DNA of 64,000 bases. Source: Eledone cirrhosa (Eukaryota). How positions within the stretch are numbered: position 1 is the stretch's first letter; each line of letters starts with the position of its first letter. Shown here in pieces: positions 38,320-53,472 of the stretch. The position numbers were made by a program, and so were the translations under genes. The DNA is taken from the NCBI GenBank assembly GCA_964016885.1, contig OZ024743.1, positions 263,872,001 to 263,936,000 of the forward strand, read 5' to 3'. A model generated the notes under the pieces. The model made no database searches. It had not been told where the DNA came from and saw nothing but the letters and a program-made list of their open reading frames with translations.

Positions 38320-38320
<1 letters not shown>
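33997..38320 (-). mobile_element. Near full-length, frameshifted PLE (possibly Nematis-like) with direct and inverted pseudo-LTRs
   Basis: Direct repeats 33997-34073 and 38121-38196, and an inverted copy 38225-38320 (mirror of 38078-38171). HHR 34203-34244 lies downstream of the ORF. Flanked by (TA)n. Confidence 0.92.
34555..38031 (-). pseudogene. PLE polyprotein (N-terminal domain, Asn-rich insert, RT, Cys linker, GIY-YIG) split by frameshifts and stops
   Basis: Consecutive ORFs: IRFLKHC; EQQILQLPPTFA..ELEKCFTKIRW; PTDKSGR; PPLYGLRKDHK..RPVC; SIDVVSLYPSI; QNEGTAIGVS; RYVDD; HYAKPMAS; C..RKCITC; NVVYSIRC..C..YIGETARSIGERIDQH. Manual tail: SVLYEH..IREA..LNRKNEW. Confidence 0.92.
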
Positions 38321-38351
<31 letters not shown>

Positions 38352-38385
38352 CATATATATATATAATAGTGTGTGTGTATGTGTG

Positions 38386-38433
<48 letters not shown>

Positions 38434-38472
38434 AAATGACAATAAGAATTGCAGCTGTTTGTAAACTTTATT

Positions 38473-38561
38473 TCATATTACAATTTGTTTCCATATTGAT
38501 CAGCTCGAGTTTGATCATGTGATCGGATCCCGACTCTTAATCGACACTTCATCAGATATGA
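38473..38561 (-). ncRNA. Type I hammerhead (family J) in a short element (~38435-38635)
   Basis: TCATAT-CTGATGA-(~57-nt branched stem II)-GAAAC-AAATT-GTA-ATATGA, followed by AATAAA. Relatives with decayed cores at ~47120-47205 (-) and 50516-50604 (+). Confidence 0.8.
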
Positions 38562-39009
38562 GAGTTTATACGGGTGGTCCCATCCAAACTGTTGATATAT
38601 GTCCAGTGTTCGTTTTATATATATGTTACTGGTTTATGGCGGGTGGGTGGGAGACGAGAGTGGGTAGATGGTGAATAGTTCATTTCAATATACACAGAGT
38701 TGATGGATGGTAATGAATTGTAAAGAATTGTAATTGTGATGGGCATAACATTTTCTTCAGATGAAATTATAAATATCAAATTTGGCAAGAATGAAAGGGA
38801 AAAATTTGAGGTGCGGGGAAGCATGTGTTAATTGGTTGGCAGGAATTCGAAGGTACTTAATGCGTTGAAATGCCCGAGAACCCCAGCAGACAACTGAAGA
38901 AGGGACTGTCCCTTGTTTGTGCTTTCCTTTTATTTCTAAATACACTTTATCAAGTAACCACACAGCCCCTTGTTCCTTCTAAATTCATATATATATATAT
39001 ATACATATA

Positions 39010-39146
39010 TATTGTTATACTTGGGGAGGGTCATATTGTTATAATATTGCCAGAAATAACAACAGACCACACTCACTGTTTGATTTGGGTTGGTTTTCGC
39101 TTCTGTATATTTCATATCTCCAGATGTGTGACGAAATAACTTTTAT

Positions 39147-39190
<44 letters not shown>

Positions 39191-39332
39191 TACCTGTATT
39201 TTTCACCGTTGGCCAATCAATGATAAACATTGATTGCAAAATAAATTAACTATGGAGATAACAATGTGACCCTCACCAAGTATTACAGTATCTGTTTCGA
39301 TACACGATTTCATATAAAAAAACTTGCAAAAC

Positions 39333-39340
<8 letters not shown>
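39010..39340. mobile_element. Two family F pseudo-LTR fragments in opposite orientation around (TA)n
   Basis: 39011-39105 matches 33997-34080. 39255-39335 matches 38245-38320. Confidence 0.7.
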
Positions 39341-39398
<58 letters not shown>

Positions 39399-39837
39399 AA
39401 CACAAGAGCAAGAATGAAGTGTTCATTCTACTGACATGGCTATAAAATTGAGGCTTGTTTGCAAAATAGCAAACGAATCGAAAAAACTCAGATTACATTT
39501 ATATATATATACAGAGAGATACATACATATATCATGTATGCATGTATGTCCGTATAAATATACACAAATACACGCACACACGTGCATATGCCAAATATAC
39601 GTTTTTATGTACGAGTACGCATGTGCAGACATTTCTCTTTCTTCTATTTCATACAATCAAAACAACTGATTCAATTTTACCCTGTGAAATTTCATACATC
39701 AGTCAATATAAACTAATTAACAGTGTTGTGGCACTTTGTGTTTAATTATTTATGGTTTTAATAACATCATTTAATAAATTCTGTTGTATATGTGAATCTG
39801 AAGAGACGTTAATATATCTTTTGTTTTGCGTGCAGTA

Positions 39838-39980
39838 CTATCATCATCATTATCATCTTCATCTTCGTCGTCATCGCCGACATCTTCGCCGTCGTCATCA
39901 TCGTAGTCATCAACATCATCAAGGTAGCCGTCGTGGTCATCGTCATCATTATCGTCGTCGGCCTCATCATCATCATCATT

Positions 39981-40015
<35 letters not shown>
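39838..40015. repeat. (ATC/GTC)n microsatellite
   Basis: Direct reading. It produces the spurious poly-D/H/M ORFs. Confidence 0.9.
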
Positions 40016-40859
40016 TTCTCACCATTTTGGAACGGTACCATTTGATTTTTTTTCTTTTTCGTAACAACCTAAAAATAAATTTTCTGGACGAAACAAATTT
40101 TGCGTTTATTTTCTTCTCGACATAGTAACTACTTTTAAAAACAGGCGTACTATTCAAGTTGACAATTGATTAGTCATGTAAACGTCTATTTATTTTATTC
40201 AATCATTTAGGAGTTGGTGTTAGGTACTTTAATTCTCAGTATATGACCTGAATTTGTTCATTGTTCTTGGGAACCTGAAATTCAGAGATGACAAAAATAG
40301 GCCGTAATTGAACTTACAATGTGAACACCATAAGATCATTTACCCTAATGCTCTACGAATTCGGCCATCAACAATTTTTTAATTATTTCTTCTACGCGGC
40401 ACACACTGACACTATTCTTAAAGCTCAATGAATATATTTAAGGGCACTGTCTGTCAAATTATGGCCATTATCTGTACTTCTTTTCAGAGTGCAGGTATAC
40501 AAAATTCCAAACCAATGATATTGTCTGCAGGAAAAAGTAATAGTGACAACGCAGGCCAAGTTTCTGATCTTTATTTAATGCTTTAACAATTCTAGCAATC
40601 TATCATCTAAGACCTATTTTGTCGACCCTAGGAGAATTCAATCGGGATTGTAGCTCAGAAAGTAAAAAAAGAAATAGAACAAATACCACAAAGTATTTTG
40701 CCGGATGGTCTAATTACAGCCAACCTCAAGTCTTCCTTATTTATCGGAAACTAATTAATGTGGTAAATAAACATATACATATATACACCAAATCCAAACA
40801 CAAAGGAACCAAGCTCCCACTGTCTCTGTCTCCGTCACTCCCGCTCTCCCGATCTCTCA

Positions 40860-41135
40860 CCATCATGAGCAAATAGTGGCCCACGCGCTGGCCACTCTGC
40901 GGTCCCGGCGGACAGAATAGAGAAAGCGTTTCCCCAGACGATGGTGAGGGATGCGCGTTGGAAGAGCCATTCGGGCTCGGGAGGCTCACACCTGCGGGTA
41001 GCCAACATTGTGCCGATGGTGGTGAGTAGGGTGGTGGTCCTAGGTTCAAGGACACAAAAGTATCCACTGTTCGAGCTCGACCGCAAATATGTCGGAGAGC
41101 AACCAATATTTTAGAGTCTACTAGTTTAGCCAATC
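40860..41135 (-). pseudogene. 3' fragment of a CRE-clade-like non-LTR retrotransposon (restriction-like endonuclease end)
   Basis: ORF 40835-41086 contains LLTTIGTMLATRRCEPPEPEWLFQRASLTIVWGNAFSIL, resembling the CRE C-terminal motif FLFQRLSLAIQRGNAxSIL. It is a local GC-rich island. Confidence 0.65.
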
Positions 41136-41410
41136 CAGCTCACTATGTGTGCATGCCAATAAGTGTAATAACTCTTTCTTGTTTCATCGAGAATTCTGCA
41201 GCAAATATACAAATGCCTATACATTTAACAACTGTAGATAATATCTAACACATTCTAAGCCTAGGGAATTGAATGAAAAAGAAGATTCTCTTATATATAC
41301 TCCACACAATAAGTGCAATATACCTACGAAATTTCAAATCAAATAAAGAACGTCTCTAATAGAAGAAACTATAAAACGATGGAGTCTATAAATAGCCGAA
41401 ATGTATGTAT

Positions 41411-41630
41411 AAGAGTTATCCTTGCTCATATAAAAACGATAAGAAAAAGAAAGAGAATATTTCTATAAATACTGCGTATCGAAATGAAAATCAGACAATA
41501 TTCTACTGATGTATCATAAATACGTACGTATGATAAATAAGTGTAGGTATATACACATACATACTCACACACACACACACATACACATATATATATATAT
41601 ATGTGTGTGTATGTGTGTGTGTGTGTGTAT

Positions 41631-41686
<56 letters not shown>

Positions 41687-41830
41687 GTATATACCTACAC
41701 TTATTTATCATACGTACGTATTTATGATACATCAGTAGAATATTGTCTGATTTTCATTTCGATACGCAGTATTTATAGAAATATTCTCTTTCTTTTTCTT
41801 ATCGTTTTTATATGAGCAAGGATAACTCTT
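41411..41830. repeat. Fold-back palindrome centred on a (CA)n-(TA)n-(TG)n microsatellite
   Basis: ~150-bp unique arms AAGAGTTATCC...GGTATATACAC and GTGTATATACC...GGATAACTCTT are near-identical. No HHR. Confidence 0.85.
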
Positions 41831-41974
41831 ACAGGAAGACTTGAGGGGGGGGGGGGGGCTGTAATTAGACCATCCGGCAAAATACTTTGTGGCATTTGTT
41901 TTATTTCTTTTATATATATATATATATATATAAATATATATACACACACATATATATATACACACATACATATA

Positions 41975-42040
<66 letters not shown>

Positions 42041-42184
42041 TATATATATATGAAAACAGGGAGAAAGAGACGATTATGAGGAAGAAAAATATATTTTTTT
42101 CCTTTTTTTTGTGTCTCGCTCTCTCTTTTTTCTGTATATATATATATCGATGATGGTTGGAAGATCACTGATGAAGGACCACTT

Positions 42185-45090
<2,906 letters not shown>

Positions 45091-45644
45091 TGAAATATGT
45101 GTATTTTAACAAATGTGTTCGTGCGCGCCCTACGAGAAAGTTCCAAGTTATACCTTCGGGGAAGAGTGAAATATACTATAAAACTTTCGCTAAACGCCAT
45201 TGTTGACATCAATCTAAAAATAAATATATAACTTGCATCAAAGAAACATTAAATGGAAAAAACAACAAATTATATTCGATATATATATATATGTATATAT
45301 ATGTGTGTATATATATAAATATATATATATATATATGTGTGTGGATGTGTGTGTGTGTGTGTGTATGTGTGAGAGAGGGGGAGAGAGAGTGTGTGTGTGT
45401 GTATGCTAGTAGGACACTGGTGGGTTCTGTGTTTGTGTGTGTATGTGTATGCATGTATATATATATAAGCATACTGGCTAAGTGAACGCCTGCAGAAATA
45501 TGCAATACATCTTTCCTAAGATATACTGATATATCTCTTTTTCAAGGAAATCTGGGATTCCGGTTGAGAGAATATAAAATATGGGAAGAGTATGTATATG
45601 AGAGAAAAACTTGAAAAGAAATATGGTGGAATCTTATGGTTATC

Positions 45645-45678
<34 letters not shown>

Positions 45679-45682
45679 GCAG

Positions 45683-45741
<59 letters not shown>

Positions 45742-46271
45742 GTTTTGAATCAAATAATTTCTGCATACTTTGGACAAAAGTAAAAGAAATTGGTGTGACA
45801 GATGTTTCAGTACGGCTTCTGGTTTATTGATTCAATTCTCAAATACATATAACAAAAAAGAAAAACACTAACATTCGATAAAGATTCAAGCTTTTTCCAT
45901 TTCTTTCGTTTTTCTTCTTTCCGGCTCTATTTTCCTTTTCTTCTTGTAACCTACAGGTATCAAATCTAGAAAGTAAACATATCTACCTGTTTTTCGTTTT
46001 CTAGTTCCTCCTTTAACAATATAATTTGCTTGTCAATAAATTGATCTACTTTTGTTAATGACGAGTTTGTTTGAATTATATTTCTTTCTCCTTTCTTATC
46101 ACCCACTCCACACTCACGTTTTGTCTATATATATTTTATATATTTATCAAACTGTTTAGATTTTACCTCATGAAAAGATTCAATCACAAATTTTAAACAA
46201 TGCTTAAACACGCATTGCCATATTTACGTTTGTTCAATTACCAACACTCACACACGCGCAGACACACATAT

Positions 46272-46311
<40 letters not shown>

Positions 46312-46317
<6 letters not shown>

Positions 46318-47051
46318 GCAAGTTTGAAGAATTATTAGATAACATATACACAGTTTTTCCTCTCCCTAGTCCGCAGAAATCAACCATATAAATAATCTTT
46401 TAAACGAGGCTATAAGTTGAAAATGTAACTATGAAGAAATAATAGACAGATGATACAGACTATTTTCCGCGAGGAACAGTCAGATAAAATTTATCTTTTC
46501 GCCCGTAGAAATTAACTAGACAAATAATCAACTAAACGGAGTTAGGTCTAAAATATAAGTTAGAAGAAAAATGCATATAAACTTTACCAACATTCCCCCA
46601 GTCCCGACTGCCGACAGTTTCGCTCGTTCTTTGTGGATATATCCGATCCTGGAATTATCCATGAGGCTTCGAGCTCACCAAGAGACTCCTCAAGTTTGGA
46701 CTAACATTTCTACAGTGATCACCGCTAGAAATGAATTCAAAAAGGGATAAGAATCATCACGTGGCTAGTGGTGAAATTAGAAGGTTGTGAATGGTGACCA
46801 GGCGGCGAGTAGGCTGGCTGCTAGAAAGCGCAGCCAGATACTGCTTAAAGTGTTACTCTACCTTACGGGAGTATATATTAAATTCATAGGGATATATGTA
46901 TATATTTAGACATATATTTAGACATAGTTACAGATACATATATGAGTGTGGCTACCTTTCACAGTGTGGCTCAATGAAAAAATTTAATTAAGCAAATAAT
47001 TATTAACCAGAGCTATATATAAAATTGCAAGTTTGAAGAAGTATTAGATAA
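46312..47051 (-). mobile_element. ~710-bp non-coding unit with 30-bp terminal direct repeats and a decayed HHR (family K)
   Basis: AAAATTGCAAGTTTGAAGAA(T/G)TATTAGATAA at 46312 and 47021. Minus strand 46600-46687 reads AGTCTC-TTGGTGA-GCTCG...CGAGC-GAAAC-TG(TCGG)CA-GTC-GGGACT. Confidence 0.65.
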
Positions 47052-47959
47052 TTATATATAGATTATATATAGATATATATATAAGGACGATTTTTTGAGT
47101 CTGCATTACGTTTATTGAGCAGTGAAGTGTGTTTCGCTATTGATCAGCTCAAGGTTCGATCTTTATCGATCTAGCCCGACTCTGGAATCAAAAGCTCATC
47201 GTCATATATATATATATATATATGTGTGTGTGTTTGTGTGTGTATGCAAGCGTGAGTTTGTGTGGCTGTATGTATGAGTATTTTGAAGGGCTATTCACTC
47301 ATCTTCACCTTTACACCTGCATCCAATTGCTTGATAGCGTTTTGAAGATCATCACACTGCATCAAGTAATAGCTGTTACCAAACGTTTACCACATTCAGT
47401 ATCTCACTATTGTAGATATTGCAATACATTTAGAAACGCAATCACATTTTTAAACCCTGCATATATTTCATAAATTTTCTTGACTACTATCCAGTGAAGA
47501 ATAAAAACGTGAAATATACAAGGTGCCTGATAAACAAGCTCTTCATTGTCGATTATATTTTTTTAAACAACTTGGAACAACGTCTGTTGTTTATTCTATA
47601 CCCAAGGATTTATGAAATTTCTGGTTATAGAATATTTGGAAATGAGTAAAACTCTTATTTCTTTTTATCAAATGGAAGGCGTTTAATGAAAAAATCCCAG
47701 AGCGAAATTTACATTAAAATATTTCAAATGTACTCTGCATTGTATCATACATCTGCATTAATTAATAAATTATGTCACCAAACCTACGACCTTCGTACAA
47801 AATAAGACTGTTTTAGGTATCTTTTATAACGTAGAGAACATATATAATTTGGCTATTGCAATATTCCTCTCTGTATACAGAATCATAGGGATAGTTAGCC
47901 TCCTAGTGACATGCAGCATAACGGTAATAATTTATGTGTGTGTACATATATATATATAT

Positions 47960-48640
47960 AAGTTATTCCGGGTTGAATCGGAGGTAACCACAGTAAGTAA
48001 GGTACTCAATACATAGCAGAGTATAACAGTTTTAATACAGAAGAGCTTCTACAGGACATTCGTGAGAAATTATCAGGAAACTGGCTGTCCAAGTAAATGG
48101 TACCATTTATGTCTTTCCTTATCTGGTAGTAGGAGAAGGTGGGATTGGGATAGTAGGTCATTGGTTGAAGGATTTAAAGAAAGGGGATTCATTAAAAGCT
48201 AATTCTTTAAAGCTATAATATTAAGAAAGGCAGAAAGAATACTGTAAACAAGTTCAAAATTGGAATACCAATCCTTGTTTATCACTAAAAGCAATAATTT
48301 TTTCTACTTTTGGCACAAGGCCAGCAAATTACCCAGTACATTACTGGTACTTTATTTTATCGACCCCGTAAGGATGAAAGGCCAAGTTAACCTTGGCGGG
48401 ATTTGAACTCAGAATAGAAAGGGCCGTAACTCTATGCGTTAAAGCATGGTGTCCGACCCTCTACCGATAATACCTGTAAGACAGGTGTCTACAGAATGGG
48501 TGGGGTTCAATGGTTTAAAGAAAAGGGAAATTCTTTAAGGCTAAAATAAGGGTGACAAAGGCAGAAAAGGTTCCCTTAAAAGATTCAAGTGTTAGGGTGA
48601 CCCCCTATAGTGAAGTTTCCCTTAATATATATTCCAGGTG
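47960..48640 (-). mobile_element. Solo Hydra-like pseudo-LTR (family L), interrupted by a SINE
   Basis: 47962-48215 matches 55665-55910. Homologous to 60650-60938 (rc). HHR partly deleted. Confidence 0.75.
48295..48468 (-). mobile_element. Nin-domain SINE inserted in the family L pseudo-LTR
   Basis: Same consensus as 26755/31228. The empty site is visible in the homologue at ~60670-60695. Confidence 0.8.
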
Positions 48641-48733
48641 TCGACAAACACAATCACACACGCGCCCACTTACACAAGTACACACACTTACACGTACGCA
48701 CACACAGGCAGGCACACAAACAACAAACATACA

Positions 48734-48895
48734 TAATTGTTTCTACTTTTGGCACAAGGCCAGCAATCACCCAGTACAATCCTGGTACTTTATTTTATCG
48801 ACCCCGTAAGGGTGAAAGGCAAAGTTAACCTCAGCGGGATTTGAACTCAGATCGTAAAGGGAAATAACTATGCTGGAAAGCATGTCCGACACTAT
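48734..48895 (-). mobile_element. Nin-domain SINE
   Basis: Same consensus, with B-box (rc) GGGATTTGAACTCAG. Confidence 0.8.
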
Positions 48896-48999
48896 ACACA
48901 TACATACAAATACATACATACATACACATATACATATATATGTGTACGTACATAGGCATACATATACATATACACATATACCCATATATACATATATAC

Positions 49000-49590
49000 A
49001 CATGGTGGCTGCCAACTCGTTTATATCCATGTTGGAGAACTCCTACCGATGCGCTGAACGAGTGTGACTTTTTAGTCCACCCAGCGACTTGAAAACTCTG
49101 GTACAAACACTACACTTGTGACAATTATTGACACATAGTGCTGGGCCAATGGTACCATATGACGACAAGTGCAAAGAGATCTCCAGATATAAAGCAATGC
49201 CTGTGCCGTGAAGCTTTTATAGTGAGCAAAGGCACTGCACCAAGCCAGTCCCACTCTCTTAACCAAGATGATATTTACCAAAAAGAAGAACATGTCAACA
49301 TCATTGGATACCATCAGAGTTGCAGGTGTTATATCAGAGTTTTCCTTCTCCTAGAATTCTGCCTTGACAAAGGCTAAGGGGTCATCTCTCCCGGTGATTT
49401 TGGATGGCCATTGACTCTTAAGAGCTCCTTTGCCCTTTGACAGGTTTTGTTTTTAGTCCTGCAGGATGTCCAAAGTCACCCTCCTCACCAAGAAACCTTG
49501 GTGGGGTTGCCAGTTTAGTCGCCAACGACCCGACCATGAGACAGGTTGTACTGGGATACATGTTACCAGTAGCACCAACTGGTGACCTGA
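49000..49590 (-). mobile_element. Probable RTE-type LINE 5' UTR-derived fragment between microsatellites
   Basis: GC-richer island. GAGTTTCCTTCTCCTAG..TGCCTTGACAAAGGCTA resembles my recollection of antisense RTE 5' UTRs. No ORF. Confidence 0.35.
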
Positions 49591-49803
49591 CACATACATA
49601 TATATATACACACATATATATATATATATACATACATACGTAGACCCATACACACATATATATACACACGTACACACACATATATATACACATATATACA
49701 AACACATACACATACATACATATACACACATATATGCACACATATATATGTATACGTATATACACACATATATACATACATATATACACATACATATATA
49801 TAC

Positions 49804-49850
<47 letters not shown>

Positions 49851-49925
49851 CATATATATAGCGTGAAACTAAAGACCATATCAATTGTGCTGCATCTCAG
49901 TTTTATGTTCTCTGTTGATATAATG

Positions 49926-49992
<67 letters not shown>

Positions 49993-50515
49993 CATAATAT
50001 ATATATATATATATATACAACAATATGTGTGCACATATATACATATATGTGTGTGCGCATACGTCCATACAAAGCATCTGTCAGACGAAGAGCGTCTAGC
50101 TATGTATCTAGGTAATGACTTTGACGCCACCAATACATCCACCACACCACCACAAACGCCGCTACCATAGACAGCGGCACCAATACCACACCCCCACACA
50201 CACGCCAACCCGTCTACTGACAATCCACTAACCTCATACCACAGCCTATCCCACTACGCAACCATAACCACCACCATATCATCACATCCACCCCCACATA
50301 CTCTCACGCCAAGGCCAACCAACCACCACCACCCCACAGCCCATCTCATCCACTGACCGTCACCAACATCTCACCATCACCCCCACCCCATATACACTAC
50401 AGGCCAGTACATCGCCTTGATCCTTTCCACCAATCAAAACAACTCATTTTGTCAAACTCTTGAATCTCTGACTTTACCACATAGCATGTATTTCATTTTC
50501 TTATAGCATTTTAAG

Positions 50516-50604
50516 TGGGTCCGTCGAGCTGCGGATTATTGAGTCGGGTAGGATCGATATAGATCGAACCTTGAGCTGATCAGTGGCGAAACGCGCGTCG
50601 CCTA
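50516..50604 (+). ncRNA. Family J hammerhead with decayed 5' core
   Basis: TGGGT-CCGTCGA-GCTGC...GTGGC-GAAAC-GCGC-GTC-GCCTA. The 3' half is a textbook PLE minimal HHR. Confidence 0.55.
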
Positions 50605-50647
50605 TCAATAAATGCAATGAAGGAATAATCAATCGTCTTTTTATCCT

Positions 50648-50695
<48 letters not shown>

Positions 50696-50707
50696 TTAAT
50701 ATAGATG

Positions 50708-50758
50708 AGATTCTACAGGACTAGAACTGTTTCATTCTTTAGAAATCATCAGGAATCT
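50708..50758 (-). ncRNA. Type I hammerhead (family L), 3' pseudo-LTR copy
   Basis: AGATTC-CTGATGA-TTTC(TAAA)GAAT-GAAA-CAG(TTCTAGTC)CTG-TA-GAATCT. Confidence 0.88.
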
Positions 50759-51338
50759 GGGCATCAAAAAATAAATATGGTATTTATAGGTCTCTACAAG
50801 TGGTAGGAGAGGGTGGGGAGTGGGATGGGTGTAGGTCATTGGTTGATCGAAAAGGGAATTCATTAAAAGCTAATTCTACAAAGCTATAGTTTATTTTTAT
50901 TTTTATTAATTTTTGTTTTTAGAGTAACAAAGGCAGACAGAATTCTATAAACAGGGTCCGGATGCCATACCATTCCTTGTCATTAAGTTTCTCTTAAGCT
51001 AACAGGTGTCTATAAGATCAGTGGGGGGGGGGGGTCAGTCATGGTAGATAGAATTAAAGGAAAGGGAGATTCTTTAAAAGCTAAATTCATTAAGGTTCTA
51101 CAAAGTGACAAAGGTTTAGAGAATTCTGTAGACAGATTCAAAATACTGAGTGCATATCTTACAATTATCTTCGAACTTCTCTTAAACTAATCAACTATAT
51201 GCCAAAAGTCAACAGACACATTCACAAAAAAACACACTCACTCACGCACTCGCGCGCAACCATAACACACATACACATACACATATACACACATAAAAAC
51301 ACACACACATATATAAATATATTTATATACACATATAT

Positions 51339-51368
<30 letters not shown>

Positions 51369-51369
<1 letters not shown>

Positions 51370-51423
51370 GGAGTAAGTAACACCCCGACGGCTGAATTCA
51401 AGCCGTTTCGACGGCTAATTCTG
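51369..51423 (-). mobile_element. Family B half-hammerhead fragment nested in a (TA)n run of the Hydra-like element
   Basis: Matches 182-233. Absent from the mirrored region (~56540-56570). Confidence 0.8.
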
Positions 51424-51461
<38 letters not shown>

Positions 51462-51604
51462 CATACACACATACACACATACATATATACACACACACAC
51501 CTATATATACACATATATATACACTCACACACATACATACATACACACAAATATACATGTGCATACATATACACATATATACACATATATATATATATAT
51601 ATAT

Positions 51605-51663
<59 letters not shown>

Positions 51664-51732
51664 TACACACATATATACACACACATATATACATATATAT
51701 ATATATACATATACACACACATACACACAAAA

Positions 51733-51785
<53 letters not shown>

Positions 51786-51899
51786 AACAAATATATACAT
51801 ATACAAACACACACACACACACACACATACATACAGATATATATACACACACACGCACACATATACACATATATAAGGAAAAAGCACCATACATACATA

Positions 51900-51931
<32 letters not shown>

Positions 51932-51959
51932 GAGAGATACACCATTCATACATATATTC

Positions 51960-52069
<110 letters not shown>

Positions 52070-52127
52070 GCACACACATACATACATATATACACAAATA
52101 CATACACATATATACACACATACATAT

Positions 52128-52222
<95 letters not shown>

Positions 52223-52378
52223 AATATACATATACACATATATACACATACACACACACACAATATATATACACAAATATATACAAATACACACACACAC
52301 ACACATACATACACACATACACACATACATATATACATACATACATATACAAATATATATACATATATACATATATAC

Positions 52379-52415
<37 letters not shown>

Positions 52416-52707
52416 CACACACATATACATACACACATATACACACACATATATACACACACACACATATGCACATATATACACACACACACACACACAT
52501 ACACATGCATATATATATAAATATATATACATATATATATATCCATATATATACATATATACACATACATGCACAAACATATACATAAATATACACATAT
52601 ATACAAACATATATACGCATATATACACACATATATACATATATATACACGCATACACACATACACACACACACACACAAATATATATACACACACTCTC
52701 TCTCACG

Positions 52708-52751
<44 letters not shown>

Positions 52752-52795
52752 TATATATATATATATATATCTATCTATATATATATATATATATC

Positions 52796-52957
<162 letters not shown>

Positions 52958-53004
52958 CACCTGCACACACACACATATATATATACACACACACACACAC
53001 ACAT

Positions 53005-53077
<73 letters not shown>

Positions 53078-53132
53078 CATGCATATACATATATACAAAC
53101 ATACACATACACATACATACACATATATACAC

Positions 53133-53165
<33 letters not shown>

Positions 53166-53217
53166 TATACATATATACATATATATATACATAAATATAC
53201 ACACATAAAACACATAT

Positions 53218-53248
<31 letters not shown>

Positions 53249-53472
53249 CATACACATACATATACACACATACACACAAATATATACACATACAAATAAA
53301 TAAGTACTCAATAAATATACGCATATACGCAGGCACATAAAAACACCTCTACAGGCAGAAAATGTAGATAGGAAAGAGGTACTCACATAACCATAGTGGC
53401 CGTATTTCAGGTTGAGGAGGGGTGGGGGTAGGGTGGGAAGGAGGTATAGGGGCCAATAGGGGGAGGTCGTTT

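Noticed and set aside
39771-40157. Acidic poly-Asp and poly-His ORFs
   Set aside because: (ATC)n microsatellite with no supporting exon context.
49500-49590. Possible HDV-like ribozyme on the - strand (CCAGT...GGGTCGTTGGCGACTAAACTGG)
   Set aside because: P2, P4 and J4/2 look plausible, but I could not build convincing P1 and P3 helices by eye. It needs a covariance-model search.
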